Assembly: GCA_965202585.1 (NCBI GenBank)
Contig: OZ241833.1
Span: forward strand, 27,962,001-28,026,000
Reading direction: 5' to 3'
DNA: 64,000 nucleotides
From: Thalia democratica
Taxonomy: Eukaryota
Under the pieces are notes generated by a model that made no database searches, had not been told where the DNA came from, and was given only the letters and a program-made list of their open reading frames with translations. Of this stretch, positions 46,101 to 59,100 are shown piece after piece. The first letter of the stretch is position 1. Each line of letters begins with the position of its first letter. Made by a program: the position numbers and the translations under genes.

Positions 46101-47968
46101 TCGTGCAAGTTTGTCCCCTCGTGCAATTTTGTACGCTCGTGCAAATTTGACAGCTGTCCTAAAAAATATATATGCACATATACTTGATATTTAAATAATC
46201 CTTTTATATCTAAATAAAACAATGAATTTATGTTTCTCTAATATAAAGCTTTTTTTATTAAGATGAGCAAATTAGTATAATCTGAATATTATAAAGGTTA
46301 ATACATTAATTGTTGCAACAATAAAACATTTTCACAATTATTAAAATTAACTTAATGGCAATTTTGTATTAGTTTATATTCTTCGTAAAAGTTTTGCATA
46401 TGTTACAAATGTTTGAAAATAAAACACTATTCTAACTGCAAGTATTCACCTTTATATAAATCGACAATAGAAATTTTAAAGTTTTGTTTTAATTTTTTGT
46501 TAAGTTTCTTTTATAAATAACAATAAAACCAATCTTCGTATTTGAAATAAATAAATGCTAAGCTTATTTACTGCTAAATTTACATAAACCTGTTAACAAC
46601 ATTGTACAACTGAACAACATTACAAGTAAAACGGTGTGCAAACATTCTTATGACGATGTTTAAAAAGTCAAAACTCAACTCTTTATGTACCGAGACACTT
46701 AGCAAACATAAGCGCCCAAGTATAGCTTTTTTCAATTACCAAATAATTACAGTTTTTACAGTTAACTGATTTAGTTGAGATTCTATAGGCTATCTAACGT
46801 ATGATTATACGCATAGTTTAAGAGAAGGGATTTTTTTAATTAACTGATTTGAAGAAATAAACTGATTTTGCACCAAAAAATTTATTATAAAATACTTTAA
46901 GCTACTTCAAATAAGACAATTTTACTCATACTACTATTTAATTGTTACAATGGTGAAAAGTTTTTACTAGAAATTTTGTAGTGCTTAATTGTGTTAATAT
47001 TTAGCCATTAGTAGATTAGTAATTGTAATTACTTTTGATAATAAAACGTTTTACCTCAAATGTATAAACACAAGTGCTTGTTTAAGTAAAAAAAATTTAA
47101 GAAGTTTTTTTTTTTTATTTAGTGTGTACAAAAAATCTTCATGAAAAAACTGTGCAGACTATTATTGTTTTGATAAATCTTAAATTGTAAAACTTGAGTT
47201 TTATTGGCATTTTTGTTATCAATAGTTTCTAAACTATTAACATGTGGCGTTTGTTTTAACTATTAGTATGTTTTCAAATTGTCAATTAATTTATCTTCAA
47301 ATTAAACAATGAAATACTCAAAACTAATACACATGTAAGAACACAAAAATGAGCTTGAATTCAGTTCCAATAAAATTTAATAAGCATATTAATAAGATAA
47401 AATAACTTCACTGCGAATATTACCTTTATATAAATCGACAATAGAAATTTTAAAGTTGTGTTTGATTATTTACTAAGTTTCTTTTATAAATAACAATACA
47501 ACCAATCCTCGTACTTGAAATAAGTAAGTACAACGCTTGTTTACTACAAATTAACATTAACCTGTTATCAACATTATACACTTGTTAAGACGAACACAAA
47601 ATGAGAAAAAAATCTTTATATTTTAACAAGACAGTTTTTCTCCCGGTAATGCCTGTTTGTTAACTAAAAAATACTTTTCAATTTTTGTCTTAATTAGTTA
47701 AAAAGAAAATGTAAACTGTATTTAATTTTTTATTAATTATTATATTTAATTAATTTTTTTTAATTTTAAATAAAGTAAATATAAAATAAACATACGTTAT
47801 AATGAGTATCAATCGATATTAAATTAAGAGTTTTTGAAGATTATATTTGAATGGTAATTTCTCTAATGGTCGAAGTTAAACTGGTCAATTTAAAATGGTT
47901 AACTTTGAACTGATTGAATTTAAAACGACCGAGTTTGAATGATCGAGAGTGATAAATTATAGTGAACC
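43190..47968 (-). mobile_element. Old foldback-type element with decayed inverted 15-bp arrays (43200-43330 and 47800-47960)
   Basis: Ends ggaagccaatc and atagtgaacc match the two ends of the 59291 element in reverse orientation; no TSD recognisable. Confidence 0.55.
43368..47350 (+). repeat. ~4-kb non-coding unit, copy 1 of 3
   Basis: Colinear with 49933-53905 and 56165-64000; same embedded MITE (45631-46159, 9-bp flanks taaaaaatt / taaaaaata). Confidence 0.9.
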
Positions 47969-48031
47969 GAATTCGGTCTACTAAAAACTATGTAGAAATT
48001 GCTTGTTTAAACTTTAGTGCTTGGTTTATTC

Positions 48032-49829
48032 TAGTGATGTACCGGACTCACTATCCGGGTCCGGGTCCGGCCGGATATTGCCATTTTTGTCTGGTATCCG
48101 GATCCGGCCGGACTCTAATTTGAAAAAATAGTTCGGATCCGGTTCCGGCCGGATTCTAATTTGAAAAAAAAGTCCGGGTCCGGTTCCGGCCGGATTCTAA
48201 TTTGAAAAAAAAAATCCGGATCCGGGTCCGGCCGGATCCTAACAGAGATCCGGCCGGACCCGGATCTAGTTAGTAAAAAAGAGCATACTGAAAAGTATTT
48301 TTTCAAAAACAAACCCTGTGTAAATTAATAAGAGTCATTTTCGTCAGTTAAAATTAGACACCTACCGTGATTGGCTCATTTTGTACACGTGACTAATTTA
48401 CATTTGTTTACATTTAAACTATGAAATAAACATTTTAGAAATGCAACTCTTCACATATGTTGTAAAATTGAAAACTTTGGAATGAATACTTGCATTATTT
48501 ATTGTTTAAAGTTGAGCTCAGAGAATATTTAGAGTTAATATGGTTGAATGTACGAGTCAATGAGAATCATATGACGAAATGTTTAAAACTAAATACTGAT
48601 GCAACAAAACATCAGAACATGACAGGCAGTTTATATGTAAGCAGTTAGTTAGTTTGGTGGGCAGCTTGAAGCAACAAAATATCTTGAACTTTTTTGTAAA
48701 TGCTTTTTGTAAGTAGTGTTTTGTTTTAAAAGTGAATATTTCAACTAGTGTTTAATTGTTTAAATATTTAAGCCAGGTTTATAGTTTAATAGTTTATTAA
48801 AAATTTTACAGTTTCTACTTTACTAAAAGTTTTATTTAATTTTTAGTTTATTGTTTTAAGTCATTTGATATAGATTTAAATAGCTTCCAGTTTTTAAAGT
48901 GTTACCAAAGTAATCAATAATTTTGTATATGCTAGTATTTCTTGTTGTGTTTTATATATAAGATTCATCACTCAAAACTGTCGTGTCTGATTATAGAAAG
49001 TAGTCTCAGTTAGGATTTAGTATTTGTTAGATATTATTTAAATAAGGTAGGGTTTAATTATGATGGGTAGTACTAATAAGTTAAGTGTACCACAATCAGT
49101 CAACAACTTTACTACCAAATTGTCAACCTTTGCTAGCTGTTCTACTGATTATTAGATTAAAGTAATTTTTTTTCAGTTTTTAAAAACCTCATTCTGACTC
49201 AGGCTTGTTTATACTCACTCTTGCTAGTTTTATTGACTTAAACGGTGGCAACCCTGCTAGTTTGAAAATTTTTGGGAATTTTAGAAAATCTTGGACTGCC
49301 TCAGGCTAGTTTAGTTTTTTACAAAAACTCAGGCTAGTTTTCTTTTAAATTTTGAATGAGTTTGAGCTGATCCAGTTTTCAATATTTGGTAATTTTCTAG
49401 TGTATTTTGTTCAAGAACTTAATTTCATATTTTTAAGTGTAAATAACACATAAATTTGTAAACTTTGTGGCTAGCTGTTCTATTTATTATTAGATTAAAG
49501 TTCTTTTTTTTTTTTTTTTTATAAAAACCTCATTCTGACTCAGGCTAGTTTATACTAATGATGTAGCGGACTCACTATCCGGGTCCGGGTCCGGCCGGAT
49601 ATTGCCATTTTTGTCTTATATCCGGATCCGGCCGGATTCTAATTTGAAAAAAAAGTCCGGATCCGGATCCGGCCGGATTCTAATTTGAAAAAAAAGTCCG
49701 GATCCGGTTCCGGCCGGATTCTAATTTTTTAAAAAAGTCCGGGTCCGGTTCCGGCCGGATTCTAACTTGAAAAAAAAGTCCGGATCCGGGTCCGGCCGGA
49801 CCCAAAATTGTGGGTCCGGTACATCACTA
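48032..49829 (-). mobile_element. Composite hAT-type element, copy 2 (inverted relative to 13791-15563)
   Basis: Same TIRs and interior in reverse complement; flanks gtttattc / gttttattc. Confidence 0.9.
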
Positions 49830-49932
49830 GTTTATTCTTAGATATAACATTGTACGTAATAAAACTGCATATAGTTTTTCACATACCTTTTTTTAAACAC
49901 TTATGTACAGCTAAATGTGACTAACAAAAAGA

Positions 49933-52900
49933 ACTGTATAAAAACAAATCTACAAGTTTTGTAATACTAGTTGCCTTCGAAACCTGACTGAAGACGTTTT
50001 TTTTTTGGTTCACCAAAAACACTTGAACTTGTGGAATACAATTACAAAGTCATATTGATAGGCAATAATTTTTTTTTCGTTCTCTCTTTAATAACCAAAA
50101 TAATACTGAATGCAACTATTTTAAAAGGCGTTGTAACTTTTGATGTGTTTTGCCTTAAATAGTTACAAAAGTTTCAAACTTCAATAAATTCTTTTAACAG
50201 ATTGAAGATTTATACTTCTTTGTATGCATAAATATTTTTTAATAAATTCTAGTAGAATTGATTTTTAAAGTGCTTGTTTACGTATTTCCTGGTTTTACTA
50301 GCTAGTTAAACAAAAATTATATGCTAATAATGACAAATATTATTTTTTTAAATTCAAATTAAATAGAAAAAAAAAATTATAGAAATTTACTTTGAGAAGA
50401 AAATAAGAAGTTCGGCAACATATTTTTTAGTAATAAACTAATCGCAAAATTAAGCACAGGTCATAAACAATAGAGAGATAAACTTCAAACGAAAGTTTTA
50501 GTTATAAGCGGTGAACAAATTACTACAATACCACAAAAACTATAAGTTGTGAAAAAAGTGGTAAAGCAAAGTTTTGGTTTTTGTTTCATTTTTGATAGAA
50601 AATTTCTTGTGCTGCGTAACAATTTTGTTGTTGTTTTATTTAAGCAATGTAAAAAAATAGGTAAATGATATAACTATTAAATTGTAAGTTGATGGTGGAA
50701 ATTTTTTTAATGTCTAACTTTGATAATCACATAATTTTATTTCGTTTATGTAAACCCGCACGATTTCAAAAACTAACAGCTATGGGTGATCTCATCTCCT
50801 TTAAAATACTCAAGTCTAATAAAACGGTTTCTATCATCATATTTATTCAAAGTCAGGTAAATAATGCTTTAAATACGGTCTTTCATTATCTTAAAACTTA
50901 ATAGTAATTTTTTGTTAAAAAATTAATTAAAATTGACAAATTTTTGACACCGAAAAAATCTAAACTTTAAAAATGCTTATTTAAAGTTGCACTTATTTGA
51001 TGACTCAAAATTATTAAAGCAATGTGAAGTAGATTATTAAAAAAAATTTTGCTTGTCAAACTTTTCTAAGCAAAAATAATTACATAATGTACTTATGTTT
51101 TTTCTAAATATCAACTTCAATTTAAAATAACTGTTAATATCTAAATAATTTTTTTTTATAGTTATGCTAGATAATCGTTTATATTATTTAGTGATGGTGT
51201 AAAACAAAAATGTTTTTTTTTTAAACTTGAGTATTAGTAATTTAAAAACATACTTTGAAAACGTTTACTTGATAATTTTGTATGGCAAGATAACTTTCAG
51301 ATACTTTAGTATCGGTGTTGTTAGTTTTAATTAATGTTGATAGTGTTTTAGTTCACATAAATTAAATGCTTATGTTTTTTTTTGTTTATATCTGTATACC
51401 GTACAATATAATACAACTATCCTACAGCTCAAAAAAAAACTAAGTACCTTACTATTTAATGTTTAAACATGAAACAACTGTATCTACTAATAAAAACACT
51501 TCAAAACAACGTAGTTTCTACTTTAAAAAACATAAAACTGTTAATACCTTCAAATGTTTCAACAAAATATAAAAACTGCAATATTGATTTTATTCTATGA
51601 AAGTTTTAACCTGAGATTTCAATTTGAAAAATTTTCACTGGTTTTTTTTATGGGGAAATTTTAAAGGTTTTTCTAGGGAAAGTTTTCTCCAAGGTTTTTC
51701 ATTTGGAAAGTTTTACACTAGTTGTTTTTTATTGAAAAATTCTAAATGTCTTTAATAGGGAAAGTTTCACCCGGGATTTTGAATTTGAAATTTCCTTCTA
51801 CTGGTTGTTTTTTAATAGGGAAACATTTTAATTTTTTCTAAAGAAAGTTTTATATCTTTTTTATCTAAGGTTAAGTTAATTATACTCATTTATAAACCAC
51901 AAGTATACTAAGTTATTTGAAAAATGTTTCTAAACTTTAAATAACTCTATACTCTACTCACAACTCAGCTTATCATAAAAGATAATACTTTTATTATTTC
52001 GTAACATGTGCAATTAACCTTTAGTCAGCTTATCCAAAATTGTATATCTAAATCTAATTATTTATGTTAATCTAAAGTAAACTAGGTTAAAAAAACGGAA
52101 ACAGTTCTAAATTGCACGAAGACTAAATTTCACGAAGTTACTAAATTGCACGAAGGGATTAAATTGCACGAGAAAAAAGTTGCACGAGTGCACAAAATTG
52201 CACGGAGCCAAGTTTGCACGAGTTTAAATTTTGCACAGAAGTTAAAAAATACATTAAAAAAATAAAAATAAAAAGTATAAAATAATTTAAAAAATTGAAA
52301 AAAAATATTGACCGAAGGTAAGGGTTAAGGGTAACAGTGATAGTAAAAATAAATTTAAAAAAACTGTTAAAAATTGAAAAAAAAGAAAATTGATTAAAAA
52401 AAAATTATTAAAAAAAAAATCTATTAACCGAGGGTAAGGGTTAGGGATAACAGTGAATGTAAAAAAAAAAAATACAAATAGAAATAAATAAAACAAATGA
52501 GTATAAAACAAAAAAAAAATCTTAAAAAGAAAAATAACTTATAAACCGAGGGTGTAAGGGTTAGGAGTAACAATGATAGTAAAAAAGATAATTGAAAAAA
52601 TATAACCCATGCAAAAATTTCTCCGTGCAATTTTATCTTCGTGCAATTTTGTGCCCTCGTGCAAATTTGACAGCTATCCTAAAAATTTATATATACATTA
52701 CTTGATTTTTAAATAACCTTTTTATATCTAAATCAAACAATGAATTTATGTTTCTCTAATATAAAGCTTTCTTTTATTAATATGATCACACTAGTATAAT
52801 CTTAACATTATAAAGGTTAATACATTAATTGTTGCAACAACAAAATACTTTCACTATTATGCAAAATAATTTAATGGCAATTTTGTATTAGTTTATATTC

Positions 52901-53905
52901 TTCGTAAAAGTTTTGCATATATTACAGATGTTTAAAAAAAAACACTATTTTAACTGCAAGTATTCACCTTTATATAAATCGACAATAGAAATTTTAAAGT
53001 TGTGTTTCAATTTTTTGCTAAGTTTCTTTTATAAATAACAATACAACCAATCTTCGTATTTGAAATAAATAAATGCTAAACTTGTTTACGGCTAAATTAA
53101 CATAAACCTGTTAACAACACTATACAACTGAACAACATTACAAGTAAAAAACGGTGTGCAAACGTCCTTTATGACGATGTTTAAAACAGTCAAAACTCAA
53201 CTCTTTATGTACGGAGAAACTTAGCAAACATAAACGCCCAAGTATAATATTTTTTCAATTACCAAATAATTACAGAGTTCAATAGTTTTAAAAAAATTTT
53301 AACAGTAAACTGATTTAGTTTAGATTCTATAGGCTATCTAACGTATGATTGTACGCATAGATTAAGAGAAGGGATACTTTTAATTAACTGATTTGAAGAA
53401 ATAAACTGATATCGCACCAAAAGTTTTATTATAAAATACTACATGCTACTACAAATAAGACAATTTTACTTATATTTTTATGTAATTGTTACACTCGTGA
53501 AAAGTTTTTACTACAAATTTTGTGATGCTTTTTCGTGTTGATATTTAGCCATTAGTAGATTAGTAATTGTGATTACTTTTTACTTATTAATAATAAAAAC
53601 TTTTTACCTCAAATGTATAAACACACGTGCTTATTTAAGTGAAAAAAAAAAAAAGTTTTTTTATCTATTTAATGTATGTATACAAAAAACTTTCATAAAA
53701 ACTGTGCAGACTATCGTTTTGATAAATCTTAAATTGTAAAACTTGAGTTTTATTTGGCATTTTTGTTATCAATAGTTGCTGAACTACAAACATGTGGCGT
53801 TTGTATGAATTACTAATATGTTGACAAATTGTTAAACATAGTTTAATAATTATCTTCAAAACAATGAAAAGCTCGAAACTTGTAAACTTAATAGAACACA
53901 AAAAT
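49933..53905 (+). repeat. ~4-kb unit, copy 2
   Basis: Colinear with copy 1; embedded MITE at 52097-52679. Confidence 0.9.
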
Positions 53906-54160
53906 GAATTCTGTTTCTATACAAACTTATAATCTGTAGAAAATCTAGCGTGAAGCATTGTGTTATTTTAACAATCTGTTTAAAAAAAATCTTGAAGAGT
54001 TGTATTTATTAGTGAAATACAATATAAAAAAAAGTGTTTACTAAAACTATGTTTAATTTTAAAACAAGCTAAATTTTTAAGCTATAAAGTTTTAATGAGC
54101 TATTTATTTCAAGGTTTAATTTACGTAATAATCGGTCGTTAAATTTTTACTTTTATGCTG

Positions 54161-54329
54161 TTTAAACCGTTTTTATGTACGACATGACCCATGCACGTTT
54201 TTTTTTTTAATTATCATTATTTAAACATAAAATCCCTCATATATCTTTTTTATGAGGGAGTTCATGTACAAACAATGATAATTTTAGTAAAATGTCCATG
54301 GGTCATGTCTTACATAAAAACAGTTTAGA
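54161..54329. repeat. Small inverted-repeat element (possible mini-MITE)
   Basis: tttttatgtacgacatgacccatg … catgggtcatgtcttacataaaaa; about 24-33 bp inverted repeat. Confidence 0.5.
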
Positions 54330-56164
54330 TAAAAAAGCAAGCCATTTAAAATAGTCATAATTTGATGTATTAAAAAAAGTTTTTTTTTTGCTTCAGTAAC
54401 CGTTGGAAAACTGGGGTTTTTGTATTTATATTTATTTATATATTTATATATATTGTTGAAAACTATGAGTTTGAAAAAAAAAACACCGACCGTTGAAAAC
54501 ACAGCAAAGTAGGAATATTAAAAAAATAATAATAATATATTTAGGCTAAGATATCGGTTGGAGTAAAAACATCCAAAAAAAGCATTTTTTCTAAGGAGCT
54601 CACTCAAAAAGTCAAACCCCAAGACAATGAATTTTTTTTTAGTAAAGGCAAAGGAGCGTTCTTAAGAATAAAAAAAATCTTAGTTAGCGATAAGGATAAT
54701 AATTGGATCTAAAGTTTGGTCTTTTTTTTTAATTTTAAAAACATTTATTCGAGCTAAGTTAACGCTCGTAACTGTTGTATGTTAAATTTAATATTAGTAG
54801 TATATTTTTTACTAGTATTTAAAGTTTGATTGACTAACTAGAACTTTTTTTTGTAAACATTTTTTTAATTATTTTTTTTTTTATAATTTTAAAAAGTACT
54901 TTAAATGCTACGTTCAGTTTTTTAATATTATTTATTTAAAAACATTTAATAAACATAAAAAAAAATATATGACTTCCAGACCTACACTTTATCTAAAACA
55001 ATTTGTGATGCAAGACTTAATTCAAACTTTTTTTTGTCATATCTTACTTTTTACTCAACTCACAAAACTAGTTTACCGAAGAGTTTTTATAATTTATCAA
55101 AACGGTACAATATATTTTAATTTTATAACACAGAATACAGTTTTCAAGGTTTTAGTTTTCTTTGGTTTGTTTTAATAACTCTTATGATGCAAACAATCTT
55201 ACGTATAAATGCACTTATCTTTATTAATAAGTTGTTTGAGGTTTTTTCAAACATGGTTACTATACAGCCGCATTCAACAATAGTTCTATCTTAACACTAT
55301 CAAAAGCAGACTTAAATTGTGTTGCTACAATAGTTTTTGCTTTTAGAGTATTTGAATTTATTTATAACTACATGAGATTGCACTTAAAATATTTGTATTT
55401 AGCGCAATACTGACCAAGCATTGTTACTTTAATTTATAACGTTTAACTATAAACTCATTAGATTCACATAGACCGTCTTGTTTATTTAAGTTAAAAAATA
55501 ATAGCAAATTATATTTTCTATTGTTTAAAATAACTAATAATTTCTTTACACTCCAACGGTTTTTATTATAAAATTGTTCTTAGTATATGAATAAGTTTTA
55601 TATTTAAATAAGATTTATTTAAGCACTTACGAGGTTTTTGACCTAAACTTAGTTCGTGAAATAAAATCTTGAAGAATAAATTCATAAGTTTGTTCTTAAT
55701 GATTAGGTTATATTAACATTCGGCTTTACTTTTCAGTTACATGTTATAATTTAAATGTAGCATAATGGTCGTGAAAGCTGATATTCAAAAACTAGTTCTT
55801 TTTAATTCGTCAGTTAGAAAAAAGCAGAACGCTCAAAGCCTTTACAAAAAAAATTACCTTTAAGCAAATACATTTCGTAAAAAATACATGCTTTTTAAAA
55901 CTAATTTATTCAACACTTACTATAAATCGAAGCATTGAATTTTCGTAACAAATTTTAAACTTATTTTCACTCAGTTTAGAGACGCATCATCAAAAAAATT
56001 ATTTACCGAAAACTTCCCTATTTTGGAACGAAATAATTTCTACAAGTTTACTTCATTTTTCGTTGCAAGAATCAACATGTGACTTTTTTTTCAATTTTTC
56101 AAACTAATAAAAAAGTAAGCTACAGTACAGAAATATTTGTAAGTAAGCTATTATTAAGTAAGTT

Positions 56165-59100
56165 ACTTTTCAATGAGTTCTAGTAGAATTGATTTTTAAA
56201 GTGCTTGTTTACGTATTTCCTGGTTTTACTAGCTAGTTAAACAAAAAGTATATGCTAATAATGACAAATATTAATTTTCAATTCCGATCGATTAGAATAA
56301 AAAATCTATAAAAATTTACTTTTAGAAAAATAAGAATTTTCGCTACATATTTATTAGTAATAAGCTAATCACAAAATTAAGCACAATTCATAAACAAAAG
56401 AGAGAAAAAATTTTAATGGAAGTAATAGTTATAAGCGGTAAACAAATTAATACAATACCACAAAAACTTTAAGTTGTAAAAAAAGTGGTAAAGCAAAATT
56501 TTGTTTTTTGTTTCATTTTTTGATAGAAAATTTCTTGTGCTGCGTAACAATTTTGTTGTTGTTTTATTTAAGCAACGTAAAAAAAAAGGTAATTGATATT
56601 ACTAGTAAAATGTAAATTGATGGTGGGAATTTTTTTAATGTCTAACTTTGATAATCACATAATTTTATTTCGTTTATGTAAACCCGCACGATTTCAAAAA
56701 CTAACAGCTATGGGTGATCTCATCTCCTTCAAAACACTCAAGTCAAATAAAAAGGTTTCTATCATCATATTTATTCAAAGTCAGGTAAACAATGCTTTAA
56801 ATACGGTCTTTCATTATCTTAAAACTTAATAGTAATTTTTTGTTAAAAATTTGATTGAAATTGACAAATTTTTGACACCGAAAAAATCTAAACTTTAAAA
56901 ACACATTACCACATGCTTATTTAAAGTTGCACTTATTTGATGACTCAAAATTATTAAAGCAATGTGAAGTAGATTATTAAAAAAAATTTTGCTTGTCAAA
57001 CTTTTCTAAGCAAAAATAATTACATAATGTACTTATGTTTTTTCTAAATATCAACTTTAATTTAAAATAACTGTTAATATCTAAATAACTTTTTTTTATA
57101 GTTATGCTAGATAATCGTTTATATTATTTGGTGATAGTGTAAAACAAAAATGTTTTTGATTTAAACTTGAGTATTAGTAATTTAAAAACATACTTTGAAA
57201 ACGTTTACTTGATAATTTTGTATGGCAAGATAACTTTCAAATACTTTAGTATCGGTGTTGTTAGTTTTAATTAATTTTGATAGTGTTTTAGTTCACATAA
57301 ATTAAATGCTTATAATTTTTTTTGTTTATATCTGTATACCGTACAATATAATACAACTATCCTACAGTTAAAAAAAAACTAAGTACCTTACTTTTTAATG
57401 TTTAAACATGAAATAACTGTATCTACTAATAAAAACACTTCAAAACAACGTAGTTTCTACTTTAAATAACATAAAACTGTTAATACCTTCAAATGTTTCA
57501 ACAAAATATAAAAACTGCAATATTGATTTTATTCTATGAAAGTTTTAACCTGAGATTTCAATTTGAAAAATTTTTCACTGGTTTTTTTATGGGGAAATTT
57601 TAAAGGTTTTTCTAGGGAAAGTTTTCTCCAAGGTTTTTCATTTGGAAAGTTTTACACTAGTTGTTTTTTATTGGAAAATTCTAAATGTCCTTAATAGGGA
57701 AAGTTTCACCCGGGATTTTGAATTTGAAATTTTCTTCTACTGGTTGTTTTTTAATAGGGAAACATTTTAATTTTTTCTAAAGAAAGTTTTATATCTTTTT
57801 TATCTAAGGTTAAGTTAATTATACTCATTTATAAACCACAAGTATACTAAGTTATTTGAAAAATGTTTCTAAACTTTAAATAACTCTATACTCTACTCAC
57901 AACTAAACTTATCATAAAAGATAATACTCTTATTATTTCGTAACATGTGCAATTAACCTTTAGTCATCTTATCCAAAATTGTAAATCTAAATCTAATTAT
58001 TTATGTTAATCTAAAGTGAACTAGGTTGAAAAAAATGGAAACAGTTCTAAATTGCACGAAGACTAAATTTCACGAAGTTACTAAATTGCACGAAGGGATT
58101 AAATTGCACGAGTGCACAAAATTGCACGGAGCCAAGTTTGCACGAGTTACATTTTTGCACGGAAGTAAAAAATACATTAAAAAAAAATAAAAATAAAAAG
58201 TATAAGATAATTTAAAAATTAAAAAAAAATATTGACCGAAGGTAAGGGTTAAGGGTAACAGTGATAGTAAAAATAAATTTAAAAAAACTGTTAAAAATTG
58301 AAAAAAAAGGAAATTGATTAAAAAAAAATCAATTAAAAAAAAAGCTATCAACCGAGGGTAAGGTTTAGGGATAACAGTGAATGTAAGAAAAAAAAATTAA
58401 AAATAGAAATAAATAAAACGAATGAATATAAAACAAAAAAAAAATCTTAAAAAGATAAATAACTTATAAACCGAGGGTGTAAGGGTTTGGAGTAACAATC
58501 ATAGTAAAAAAGATAATTGAAAAAATATAACCTATGCAAAAATTACTCCGTGCAATTTTATCTTCGTGCAATTTTGTGCCCTAGTGCAAATTTGACAGCT
58601 ATCCTAAAAATTTATATACACATTACTTGATTTTTAAATAACCTTTTTATATCTAAATCAAACAATGAATTTATGTTTCTCTAATATAAAGCTTTCTTTT
58701 ATTAATATGAGCACACTAGTATAATCTTAACATTATAAAGGTTAATACATTAATTGTTGCAACAACAAAATACTTTCACTATTATGAAAAATAATTTAAT
58801 GGCAATTTTGTATTAGTTTATATTCTTCGTAAAAGTTTTGCATATGTTACAGATGTTTAAAAAAAAAACACTATTTTAACTGCAAGAATTCACCTTTATA
58901 TAAATCGACAATAGAAACTTTAAAGTTGTGTTTCAATTTTTTGCTAAGTTTCTTTTATAAATAACAATACAACCAATTTTCGTATTTGAAATAAATAAAT
59001 GCTAAGCTTGTTTACGGCTAAATTAACATAAACCTGTTAACAACACTATACAACTGAACAACATTACAAGTAAAACGGTGTGCAAACGTCCTTTATGACG

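Noticed and set aside
50689-56829. Near-identical 70/78-aa ORFs in unit copies 2 and 3
   Set aside because: Identity reflects recent duplication; copy 1 (~44150-44340) has in-frame stops.
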